From Ginkgo biloba (lineage: Eukaryota; Plantae; Ginkgophyta), in the NCBI GenBank assembly GCA_024626585.2, contig JANKJI020000004.1, positions 5,400,095 to 5,423,887 of the forward strand: 23,793 nucleotides of DNA. Reading direction: 5' to 3'. A program made the translations under genes and the position numbers. The notes beneath the pieces are model-generated. The model did not search any database. It saw nothing but the letters and a program-made list of their open reading frames with translations, and was not told the origin of the DNA. Shown here piece by piece: positions 1-10,928 of the stretch (the first letter of the stretch is position 1; each line of letters opens with the position of its first letter).

Positions 1-441
1 ACAACATTTTGAACTTATCTTTAGATCAAGCTAAAATCCACTTGATGAGCTTTCCCTTGTAAAGGGGATCCTCGCTTGTTAATTTGGGACACTAACACAT
101 CTTGATGAGGGTGAGCTCAAGTAGCAAATAGAATGCACCACTAAGCTCAAAGAAAACAACAAAGAGATAGGAAAATAAACTTTGTATTGGAATTATTTTT
201 TTTGCCAAAAAGTTTAGTTCTTGGTACATAGCTATATTGAGTATTGAGTATTGAGTGTGTAGTTTTGAAATAAAACTAATAAATTACAGATTACACACAC
301 ACATACATTCTCATTTTACTGCTTAGTATTTTGCACTTGATACTCTTGCATTCCTTGGGGCCATTGGATACTACACCACACCCTCCTAGTAATAAGACCT
401 TCATGTGCATACACTCTAATAGCTTCACCTAAGGGATAGTG

Positions 442-780
442 TGTTGGAAAATTTAATGTTCGCCACATGTCACTTGGCTATCTAACTGTACTTTAAGTTA
501 TACTTCAAGTTAAGTCAAGCTAGTTGTCTTGCTTTAGCTTTAATTCACTTTAGCTTTAGCTTTGTTCTAAATATGGTAAGCTTGTGCATGTTGCACACAT
601 GGCTTCCATGAGCTCTATATGTTATTGTACCATGATGTATCATTACATTGTGTATTGTATTATTCTTTGTGAATATACATTGGAGAGTTTAGAGGGTACA
701 CAATACCCAATATTCATGTGTTGAATATTTGCAATGTTTTGTGTGTGATTTATCTCTTTCTTGTGAACCTGATTCTAACA
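442..780 (+). mobile_element. LTR of a Ty1/copia-type retrotransposon (339 bp)
   Basis: Starts TGTTGGAA and ends TTCTAACA, giving near-inverted TG...CA termini. A tRNA-iMet PBS follows 2 nt after the end. TATA-like CTCTATAT at ~613-620. Copia assignment rests on terminus style only. Confidence 0.75.
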
Positions 781-782
781 TT

Positions 783-794
783 TGGTATTAGAGT
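783..794 (+). promoter_or_regulatory. Primer-binding site (tRNA-iMet), decayed
   Basis: TGGTATTAGAGT equals canonical TGGTATCAGAGC with two C>T changes, directly after the LTR-terminal CA. Confidence 0.8.
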
Positions 795-1282
795 AGGTTC
801 GGGTGGAGAAATCGAGGTGCAGGGTTTTGTACTTGAGAGGAGAGGAGCAAACTAAGAACCTTGGAAAAAAAACGCCACTATAATTTTCAGGGTGGTTTTA
901 TAGTTAAGAAAATTTGTTGGGGAGAAAAACGTCTCCATTTTAGGCGTATCTGTGCAAAAACGATTACAATCACTGTTGTTGGGCATTGTTGAAGTCACTG
1001 TAGCATCACTGTTTACAGCTGGTGGAGAGATTTCATTGAAGAAATGGACTAGGAGGCAGATACATGGTGTGGCATCCTTTTGAGAAATCGTTCTTGGCAT
1101 CACTGTTTATTGGCGTCCCTGTTTGAAACATATCCCTCTTTGCAAAAGGAATGAAGGGCGCACAATGTTGAGGGTTAAATGACGTAGGAGGAACTTCCAA
1201 GAATAGTGCAGGGGAAACCTCTGTGAAGGAACGCGGTGCAACAATTGTGGCCCATTTGCGGCTCATTGTTGTGTAAATACAT

Positions 1283-1546
1283 AATTAGGCTTAAACAACC
1301 CCCAATAAGGCAATAAAGGATCCGCGGACATTAATTCAGTCCTAATTAGGGTCTAAATAGGCTTAATTATGCCTAATTATTCTTAAATATGGCTTAAATA
1401 ACTTTAAGTATGTGTTAATTAGGTCTAATTATGCTTAAATAAGCTTGAAAACCCTTAATTTGGCCTTAATTAGGCCCTAATCCTAAGGCGCCCTTAAACT
1501 AGGGCTTAAATGGGGCTATTTAAGGCCCTAAATAAGCTTTAGAAAG
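1283..1546. repeat. Degenerate 10-11 bp tandem array (consensus roughly GCTTAATTAG) in the retrotransposon 5' leader
   Basis: Consecutive units cctaattagg, gtctaaatag, gcttaattat, gcctaattat, tcttaaatat, ggcttaaata and so on, running into the N-gap at 1547. Confidence 0.85.
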
Positions 1547-1699
1547 NNNNNNNNNNNNNNNNNNNNNNNNNNNNNNNNNNNNNNNNNNNNNNNNNNNNNN
1601 NNNNNNNNNNNNNNNNNNNNNNNNNNNNNNNNNNNNNNNNNNNNNNTTAATCATGGACGTGGTCATTTAATTCTTTTGTCTTCTATTGCAAATTTAGAT

Positions 1700-2870
1700 T
1701 AGGTTCCAAATGTTCATAGACCCCTTTCCATAACTTGGTCGCCTTCTTCAATCCTCGAATTTTCTCCTTTAAAGCATTGACCTTAGCGGACTCCACTGAC
1801 TTCATGGAGTATTGAGTCATTGCCTTCCATATAACATCCATCCACTTTCTAATGGTTAGCATTCACAACTCGGGGTTCAATAGCTTCGATGTCTCCCCTC
1901 CCTCTAAGATGATTGATTTTTTGAAACAACATGGGTTATAATATGAGTGGTGAGGCGAACATCTTACACTATGCCAAGTTTCTTTCAAACTTGTTCCAAA
2001 TAAGGTTTAACAAATCAATTGTTTGCCCTTCCTTCCATGCAACAATGATCTGTAAATGTATTATATAGATCTCCAAAGCATGCCACTCCTTTAAGCCTAA
2101 ACCAAAAGCAATTTGACCATCATCCTCCAGGTGTCCCAAACCCAATCCATTGTTAGTCCTTTTATGGGCATAACCAATTTAGATTTCTTTGGTCCCACAA
2201 TAATCTTAGCTAGATCTCTAAATTCTCTTTTCTATTGAGAGTTTCCTTTTGGTTTCAACTCTCTTTCTAATAGTCAAGTGATCTCACGATTTTTTTTTTG
2301 TGTGACTTTGATACTTGTATTCTCCAACCTTAATTTTGTCATTATGGAAATTAGAACAAATTCCTTGATCAATTCCTCATTAAATTGCGGGGGCTTCCAA
2401 CTTACCAATTTTAGCAATCCCACTTTAGTAAGTCTTTAATCAAATCAATATTCTCAACAATTGCCTTCCAAGAGGGAGGCCCTTGGTAGAATATCCAGGA
2501 TTTAATGATTGTTGTATTTCCTTCTTCCTTATATAAAACAAGTTCTTTGCCTTTCAAGGTTATTGCTAGGGTTGTAGTTGGTACTAGAATGTCTCAAGAC
2601 TTAGAATGCTTGGTCCTTTTCTTAGCCTCTTAAGATTCAACTCTTTCTTCCTATTGTCGTTTTCATTTGATAATAAGAGACTCTAAATCTAAACCAATAT
2701 CATCCTCTGAACCATTTCTTGCCTAGTCCTTAGCTGACCTAAACTTTGGTACATGTCCTTCTTCTGAGGAAATAAAAATTTCTCGCTGTAAAAATTTTGG
2801 ATGTCTTTTTTTGCTGCTTTTTGCCCTCCTAATTCTCCTCCGTATGATCTTTTTTAATTGAGTCATGAAC
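1700..2870 (-). pseudogene. Decayed accessory ORF of an LTR retrotransposon ('putative plant transposon protein'/Transposase_32-like)
   Basis: Manual minus-strand translation across frameshifts: FYQGPPSWKAIVENIDLIK-LTKVGLLKLVSWKPPQFNEELIKEFV ... LQIIVAWKEGQTIDLLNLIWNKFERNL*...PMLFQKI. This resembles the 'L(I/V)xEFxxN ... GxxvDxxxlI' pattern of retrotransposon extra ORFs. Boundaries approximate. Confidence 0.45.
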
Positions 2871-3889
2871 TTCATCTCCTTTGCAACTTCCTTCCAAAGC
2901 CCTCTAACACCTAGTTGCTAATATGTTTGCCTAAGGATGCTGAGTTCCACGTATTTGCCTTAGCTGTCTTCTCTTGTTATTGGTTAAGTCTTCTGTAAAT
3001 TAATTGGTAATTATGATTGTTTTGATGATAAGGAACCAATGTTTAATATGTTGAAGTGTTCCCATCTTTGATAATGACAACCTCCCCCTACCACTAAAAT
3101 CGTGGTTGTGCTTGGTGACTTGCTTTTTAAAAAATGGCTTGTCAAATCACTTAAAAGTGATTAGGAGATAGTTAAAGGGCACTTCACTCATCTCCAAATT
3201 TGCCACGCTTTTTTTTTTTTTTTTTGAATCCAATGGACAACTTTCATACATCTTTTTTTCAGGTAGGTTGNNNNNNNNNNACTCCCTAGGCACAATCCCG
3301 ATCTTGTATATTTCAAGGGCATTGATGGGATTTTGGTCATTTTTGGACACTAGTGGAATTTGTTTCTTTCTATGGATGTTGAAAAGAGAAAAGTTCTTGC
3401 ACTTGATACCCCGATTAAAGGAGACCCAAAAGTGATGATGCATTGTGATCACATGATGTGAAGAAATGTGATATGTCAAAGGGACAAGGCACACATTGCA
3501 TCTTGTTCTAACTAAAAGTCGTTATGTTGCTTTAGGAGAGTTCTAGAGCTAAGTGGCTAATTGAGGAAGGTTCAAACATTAATAATGAATTAGTGGTTCG
3601 TCTACATGTTAACAATTTTTTGCAAATTATGATGTCGAGCATTCCTAAGGAATTCTCCATCCAAAATTGACATTGCAAGCTTGTGCATGAATGCAAATGA
3701 ATCACGACCTCATCAAATTATCATTATAAGGTTTCATGTCAAAGGAGACGAATAACATGATTTTACGTCTATATATGGTATGGAATGAAGCTTGTGCATA
3801 ATATTATGGTATGCTAAAGGAATTACGTGCACCCCTCGTTATGCTATCTCCCAAAGGATGAATGCCTCATTTTTTGTTTGAGTCTATTC

Positions 3890-4570
3890 TTGAGGTATTT
3901 TCGATAATGACGAGCAAAATGCCCATATTGATGATAATGGTTACATCTATAAGGGATGTTTTCGTAATCTAGTCGATGTATGTGTTGATAACCTCAAATG
4001 TTAAGATTGATGGCATCTAGAAGCCCCAAACCTAGTTTTTCTTTGATGTTCGATTCTAGCATAGGCTACATTCTATTTAAGATTAGTTCATTTAGAACTT
4101 TAACAAATTGACCTAGCATAATGCATATATTTTTTAGCACTAATTTATTATGCAAATAACACAATAAGAAAGGTGAACGTACCCATAATGGCACTTCTGC
4201 AGGAAATTCCTCCATGGGGTCAAACCCAATATTCCAATAGTTGAGATATAGACCACTTTTGCCCATAAACTAGGGGCCTCCTTCAAAAACTATCTCTCTA
4301 TTTGGTTTTCTCTAAAAAATGACCATGAAGAAGCCTCTCCCATATAGTTGAATGTCCATTAAACTTTTGGTGAGCTTTCTCTAGTTGTTATTTACCAAAG
4401 ATTTCAAGGCATTCAGCAATGGCCATAACCAAGAGAATTGACTAATTAGGGTGCATTTGTTTATCATCTCCATGTCCTCTGCAATTGTGACTAGGTCAAC
4501 CTCTAGTTCAATTAGTTCCTTGAGCTTTTTGACAAATGTCGTCTGGATTATAGGCTTGAATTATTTTTTT
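3890..4570 (-). pseudogene. L1-clade LINE ORF1 remnant (DUF4283 plus CX2CX4HX4C zinc knuckle)
   Basis: TLISQFSWLWP...GFFMVIF...FEGGP*FMGKSGLYLNYWNIGFDP...VPLWVRSPFL...LGQFVKV...AYARI...LDYENIPYRCNHYHQYGHFARHY. Two knuckle Cys have become Tyr. Contains stops and frameshifts. Confidence 0.85.
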
Positions 4571-4843
4571 CCCCTCTCCCAAGTGCTTAACATCTTCTTA
4601 ATGCATTCCATTATTGCCCAATGGGTTGGAGAGCCAAGATGAAATGAGGGATAACCAAGTTCCCCTTTAGCTGAGGATGCCACAATGAAACCTGCTCAAA
4701 AAATGATAATAGATCCCTAACCTTAGCAGTGTAAAAATGTGATCGATAATAGCACTTATGTTTTAATCTTATAGTACTATTTAAGATAATGAAATGACCT
4801 TTATTAATATTAACAAGTTTTATTAATGTAAAAAATATCAAAT

Positions 4844-4892
4844 CATATCTATAACTATATACTAAAAAAATTGGCGCGACCGACCACATTGA
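4844..4892 (+). mobile_element. Helitron-like 5' terminus, copy A
   Basis: cat-A|TCTATAACTATATACTAAAAA...GCGACCGACCAC. 24/25 identical to the reverse complement of 21024-21048. A|TC start followed by TA-rich sequence is typical of Helitron 5' ends. Confidence 0.5.
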
Positions 4893-5089
4893 ACGGAATG
4901 GCAATGATGACAATAGAATGGAATGAAAACAAAAATAACCAAATGAAATAAAATGAGAACAACAAGTCGAACAAAATGACAACAAGGATGGTAGAACAAA
5001 ATGCGAATAAGAATCGAAATAGATTTACCGTTAAAGGACAGGCCAAAGCTTCAAAGAGTCAGAGGAGGAACAATGCAAAGAGGAACAAC

Positions 5090-5500
5090 CAAGATGCAAT
5101 TCTTAAGTTTGATAGAGAAACTAAGAATAATCTAGGAAAGGCAGGTGCAAGAGGATGGCTCCTCAACAGAAGCTAAAATTCAATAATGGTTTACACCTAG
5201 GGTCTGGATCACCAATCCAACAACTCAGTGAAATATGAAGAACTAATCCTAGGTTTAAAAATTGCCCAAGGCAAAGGCATTAAGAAACTAAGAATTCATG
5301 GGGACTCCAATCTTGTCATCAACCACCTGCAGGGCTATTGGACAAATAAAGCATGGTATTTAGAGGATAAGCTAGCTATCGCCCTAGCTTTACTTTTGAG
5401 GTTTACCTCTTATAGTTGGGTCACATCCCCCAAACCTTTAATAGATGGGTGGATCACCTTGCGAATCTAGGCGCTATCATTCCTAATGGTACGATGGTTT
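5090..5500 (+). pseudogene. Retroelement RNase H (RVT_3-type), probably the C-terminus of L1 ORF2
   Basis: LKFDRETKNNLGKAGARG (consensus FDGASKGNPGxAGxGG) ... VKYEELILGL...GIKKLRIHGDSNLVINHLQG ... NRWVDHLANLG. The catalytic Glu reads as Lys. Frameshifted. Confidence 0.85.
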
Positions 5501-6129
5501 TGCACCCTCTATCATTATTACCGATCCACGATAAATGTGATTTAGACTTCATAAGCGTTTGACATGGCTGCCAGAGTGAGGGAGAGCACGTTGGGAAGAA
5601 GCTGGTAGGTGGCTCAATGCTTTTTTGCACGCCTTGGTAGCCTTTAGTGAGGAGGAACTAAGTGAAGGGCAGATAACTTTAGATGGACTTAGAGGAATAA
5701 GCCAGAGTGATGGAAAGCGTGGAAAGCAAGGAGGAGTCCTTGCAACTCCCCAAGAACAGTAGTCATTGGGAGGATCGTGTAATGGCTAAGGAAATGACAC
5801 AATCTCTTGAATAAAAATTCACAGGTCTAGATAATTATGTTAGGGATATGCAAAGAGAGTTTAAAATTTTAAAGGAGGTGACTCAAAGCATCTCCACAAC
5901 AACCATCCATGTACTCCATGAATTATCCCACATTAGGTTCAGACTAGCTCCTTGTTCCAACCACCACCTACCAAAGGAGGCAACCTACAGACCTCCAACT
6001 TTCATTGGAGATTTTAGGAAATGGAAAATCTCCACGAACTTGGACCCAAGTTAGGCCCTATAATTCTCTATCCTTATTTTTCTATGGTTAAAATAGTAGC
6101 TCAACAATTAGGTTTTACTCTATTTTTAT

Positions 6130-6445
6130 TCCATTGGATTTTTTATTCATGTAGGTACCTAATCAAGTAAAATTTCTTCTTGATTACTTGGGTGAATTCA
6201 TTCCATGTGGTTATGGGTAGTATTCGTTATTAGTGTTTCCTTTCATAAAAACTATACCACCATAGTAAGGCTTATCCTCTCATATTAAACTTATTATAAT
6301 ATATCTTTTGAGAGTTTGAATACTATTGGATTATGAAGTAGATCTTTATTTGTTACAACTAATCATCGAGCTTCTTTGAATTTAACTAATCTTCATACAT
6401 TGGGATTTTCACCTTCATCTCCAATCTAAAGGTGGTATTGATGTT
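6130..6445 (-). pseudogene. Ty3/gypsy gag (Retrotrans_gag) fragment, related to the gag at 12.2-12.6 kb
   Basis: Manual translation: FRLEMKVKIPMYED*LNSKKLDD*L*QIKIYF...QKI...ALLWWYSF...ITTWNEFTQVIKKKFYLIRY. Absent from the ORF track because of the stops. Confidence 0.75.
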
Positions 6446-8609
6446 TTGTACTAGATTTTATGATCTTATAGGTGCAATTTATGTACCACTACTAGAACGT
6501 ACATTAATCATAGTACTAATTATGGGTGCTGGTGGCATCACTACTATAATAGAGGATAATGAAGACAAGCTCTACATAACTTGCAACATCATACTCATGT
6601 GGTCATTTAGAGATATGTCATGCTTCCTTAAATATTCTGGATTCTCTCACTTTCATCNNNNNNNNNNATTCCATAGGCTATTTGGTCCATTCCCATATTT
6701 CTCCTCCTAATATCATGTCGAATGCATTTATATGAAGATAACTTGGCAATGATGAATCCTCAGGCTATTCATCTTTTTCATAGTACTTATATCCTATCCA
6801 AACAATTGACTTACATATTACATGTATCATATTTTCACTTGATCTCAACATTTTTATGAGTGTAATTCTTCCCTGATTAATAAAGGGAACCTTCTCTAAT
6901 ATCAAAATATTATCTAACACTTATGGGTTCTCATAGCAAAATAATTAAGACATATCCTTCATCTATATAGGTGATGATCATATGACATAATAATCAACTA
7001 AAGGTAACTACTAATTTTATTATATAGGAAAGAAAAAAAGTATACTACTTACATAGTTACATGATAATGTATTTAGAAGCATAAGGTTGGAAAATCATAG
7101 ACAATGCTTGGAAGGATCACATATGGCTATCCAGGTAAGTTGCAAACTATGACTGGTGGAATTATAGATCTGTCTGGAAAATTTAATCACAAATGAGACT
7201 GGTGGAATCATATTTTTTCACTTGGGTATCTTTCTATATCTCTCTTCTTCTTTTTATTCTTCTCTATCTCTCCCCTCTAGAAGAATATCAAGTAGGTTCT
7301 CATTTATTCCTCTTCTAGCATAATCTAAGAAGGTTGTCCTATTTTTTCCATCTTTCTATATTCCAAGGACTCATAACTAAAATGACACTTATTCCATCTC
7401 TAGATATTAAACATAATTATTTTGAGAAATGATTGTATGGTTATTGGCCCATTCTTGCTGACATCAAGTTTATAAGTGGAGCAACTTTCATAGTATCATG
7501 TGTCTCCTGACTTCACTTATATTTAGGGTGTATGCAACTAATTTGAACCATCACCTATAAGTTAATGTTTGTCACTTTTATAATCTCCTTCAATTGGGCA
7601 TATGCATGATGGTCAAGATTCACTTATAGTTGGGCTATAGGTAGTTGATTTATAACTTTTCCTATAGTTGGACTACAGGTGACTACGGGTTCAATCATTT
7701 ATAAACCAACCTATAGTTGAGAATCCTTTATTGTAGGTGTCCTTCTAAAATTCACCAATAGGGTATTTGTAGGTGAGTATGTAGCTTCACTCTTCCTGAT
7801 TTCACCTTCACCTTCATTTTCACTTTGGTTACAACTATCTTCTTGTAACTTTGTATTATTTGGGTTTACTATTGATGTGTTTTGGTTCTCCCCTACAATT
7901 GAATTACAAGAAAAAATCACTTAAATTTCACCTACAAGTGAACCTATCTACCTATAATTGTCTTACAAGTGAATTCATATTACTTAAATTTTTACCTTTA
8001 GCATGTAGGCAGTCGATCTTATTTAGATATGACCTAGATTAGTCTTACTTTTCATGTCCTAATGCTTCGAATATTGAGTTTTATTTTTTATCAAAGTCTA
8101 ATTTGTAAAATATTTCCCTACTTCATAGGGATCATTATCCTCAATGAGTCAAACTTCCCTAGAATAATTCACCAAATATTAGATGACTTGTTTATGTAGC
8201 TTATTAGAACCTTCAATGAGATGCTCAGTAATATCCTTATTTATTGAACTTATTACCCTCTTGTCTAATATGATAATTGAATCATGAACTTACTAGTCAA
8301 ATTATTTGACTCAAATCTAGATAAATACTTATNNNNNNNNNNNNNNNNNNNNNNNNNNNNNNNNNNNNNNNNNNNNNNNNNNNNNNNNNNNNNNNNNNNN
8401 NNNNNNNNNNNNNNNNNNNNNNNNNNNNNNNNATTTGAACCTTCAAGAATAAGATTGTTTTTTGAATGCTTTGTTTTATAAGCAAATATGTTAAAAGTAA
8501 TTATTCTATATATTGCAAATATTATTTTGCATTTAAATCTAAAAAATATTTATAACCTTTCATGAATAGGAATGAATGTATTCGCTTTGAATGATATATT
8601 TTATTTCTT

Positions 8610-9525
8610 CTAGAACAACGCTAGTAGAAGCTTGTGGAAATTGATTATTACAACAAATATATCCAACATTCTGTTAATATTGTTTACTTCGATATTAGAT
8701 CTCTTTAAAAGCTCAACAAAAAGGAGTAATATAATAAAATGCCAAAATGATTTCCTCGTACAGTTTAGAATTAAATACACTTGGAAGTATATCTGTGGTA
8801 GGTGATTTTACATGGGATGGCCATGGAGAGTTGGTATGAGCTTAACTAAAGATATGTTGAATAATTTAACTTCCACTAAAATGATATGCTCAGGCATGCT
8901 AATTCTCCAAGGCTTTGCATCCATATGCACTGTTGTTGCACCTCGTAACATTACAACTATCCATATTGACAATGTTGAATTGAAGATATAGTAGTATGTC
9001 CAAGTGTCATAAAAAATCTACTTTCTCTAAAAGTTGTGTAGCTTGGACATCAAATAAGGATGTTTGAAAGACACAATGCATTGCATTGCTAGTGAATATC
9101 CTAAATTGTTTTGATTATTATTGAAGTTATGCTTAGCAGGCATGATAACCATATATAACACCTAAAGACATTACCCAAAAGAAAGAAATAATTGTGGAAT
9201 ATCAAGTCTTATACAAACAAATATTACAAAAACTACATGTAGAGCAATCTATATAACGCATTTAGTACATTTTACCTTCATAATTAGAAATTTGAACAAT
9301 ATTTATTTATTTTAATAAACTTTGCATTGATGCAAAATAAAGGATGCAATTTACCCTCTAGAACTTCGTAATAAAAATGATTTATACTTGAAAAGAAGGG
9401 AAGCATCTTGAAAAACTTTCTTCTAGTGTAGAATGTTGTAAGTTATCAAGGGAGCTATTTTGTATGCAAGTGTAAAATAATCTAATGTAGACTCTATTCT
9501 TGAAAATGTATATAATATTCAAGTG
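8610..9525 (+). pseudogene. Possible decayed DNA-transposon gene (SWIM-finger-associated family, tentative)
   Basis: Frame-hopping peptides RTTLVEACG, WDGHGELV, NDMLRHANSPR, KSTFSKSCVAWTSNKDV*KTQCIALLV, ENVYNIQVS. Similarity to SWIM-containing transposon proteins of non-flowering plants is from memory and unverified. Confidence 0.25.
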
Positions 9526-9529
9526 AGCT

Positions 9530-9728
9530 ATCGAGGTTTATGCCGGTTGCTAAAACTGCTTTCAACATTTTGTTATGATTTAAATTTCTATTCCTGTTAT
9601 TTTTCCTATTGCATTGGTTTTGTGCATTGCGGGTGTGTGAAGCCCTATGAGTCATTAAAATGACAGTAGGAGGTAGGGCGTATACATCTACGTAGAGCTA
9701 GTTTTGTGAAAACATTCCCTCCCTCCCT
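9530..9728. mobile_element. LTR terminus at 9714, orientation ambiguous
   Basis: ...GTTTTGTGAAAACA ends at 9714, next to TTCCCTCCCTCCCT. On the minus strand this reads AGGGAGGGAGGGAA|TGT (PPT-like tract plus LTR start). It could instead be a plus-strand LTR end. Confidence 0.35.
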
Positions 9729-10539
9729 ATTAATTTAGACTAGGTTTAATTAGGCACACTCGACTAGCTCATTTTTTTGAGGTGGTTTTAGCTCTTTGGA
9801 ATGGTTGGAGACAACTTTGCTTCTTCTTGTTAGGTGGTCTTGTTCAAGCCCCATGTGAAGGTTGATGATACTGCTCTCCAATTTCCAAAAAAATGGTCTG
9901 TTGTAGTAGGACGACCCCATACATTGACCCTCTATCGTTGTTGGTTGAAGTAATTGTGTGAGGTTCCTTAAGAAGAACTATAGCGCATAGCACACAACTA
10001 GGACATAAGCTAGTTCATAAAAGATGCAACAATTGATATATGACTTGGTTTGATTAGGCCAACGACATTATCACCAACTAGGTCTTTATCACAACATGCC
10101 ATATAAGATCAAGTTGTGGAACTTAGATTATTGGACAAAACATTGTGTAACAAGCTTGTGTGTGATAGGAATGCATTGATTGTAAGGTGTTTTTCTAAAC
10201 GCATCTTCCTTGTTGATAGGGATTGGAGGAGCACTTCATGACATATCCTAGAAAGCAAGATATGTACAAACAATTCAATTGTTTGGTACATCTTAGTATA
10301 GGTTGGCATAATTCTTATAATGCCTGCCAATTGTGGATGCATATATTAATTTGTGTAATTAAGAGCTTGTCTCATTTTTAGAAGAAGGGCAAGTTCCATT
10401 TTTGCATGCGACACAATTATGAATTAAGTGAAGAACCTTTGGAGAAGGTCCTTAAATTGATAGATGGACCCTTATGGAAGTGTGATAAACCATTTGATAA
10501 CATTCCCAAGCAAAGACCTATAGAACAATTACGACTAAG

Positions 10540-10928
10540 TTAGATGGCAATCAAAGGAATTGTTCGCACACCATATGTGATGGGCCAAAATGTGGTTGAC
10601 AGGATCTTCACCAACATAAGTCTCTGACAATGTCTATATGATGTAACTTTTATGATGGTTATCTTAACCATATGTTCATTATATACATAATAGAATTCTG
10701 ATAGAATAGAGGATTTGATCATATCATGTGAATGTATGATTATAATACATGTCTTATAATACTCTTGTAGAAGTGTACTTGTACATCTATGATAATATAA
10801 GGAATGGATGGTTTTTTTCATAACTATGTATAGTGCTCTAAGTGAATACATGTGATGTGAAGGACTTATATTTCTGGTTAGAGTAGGAGGTAGCACTGTA
10901 TCACTGTTAGGCAATAAGATGCTTAACA
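10540..10928 (+). mobile_element. End of an LTR that interrupts the gypsy RT (left boundary not resolved)
   Basis: RT homology stops abruptly after ...LD*LQGARY at ~10929, where the adjacent non-coding sequence ends GCTTAACA. Confidence 0.45.

Noticed and set aside
235-255. (TATTGAG)3 tandem
   Set aside because: Short microsatellite, not the plant telomere repeat TTTAGGG.
852-1266. Two minus-strand ORFs (83 and 77 aa)
   Set aside because: Antisense to the GC-richer retrotransposon leader, with no recognisable domain.
3147-3494. 115-aa ORF as a LINE endonuclease
   Set aside because: Spans an N-gap and a poly-T run. No APE motifs (WNxRG, GDFN, SDH in context).
4872-4888. TGGCGCGACC as a tRNA primer-binding site
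   Set aside because: No LTR-terminal CA just upstream. Better explained as part of the repeated Helitron-like terminus.
6432-6710. 92-aa hydrophobic plus-strand ORF
   Set aside because: Antisense to the gag region and crosses a gap.
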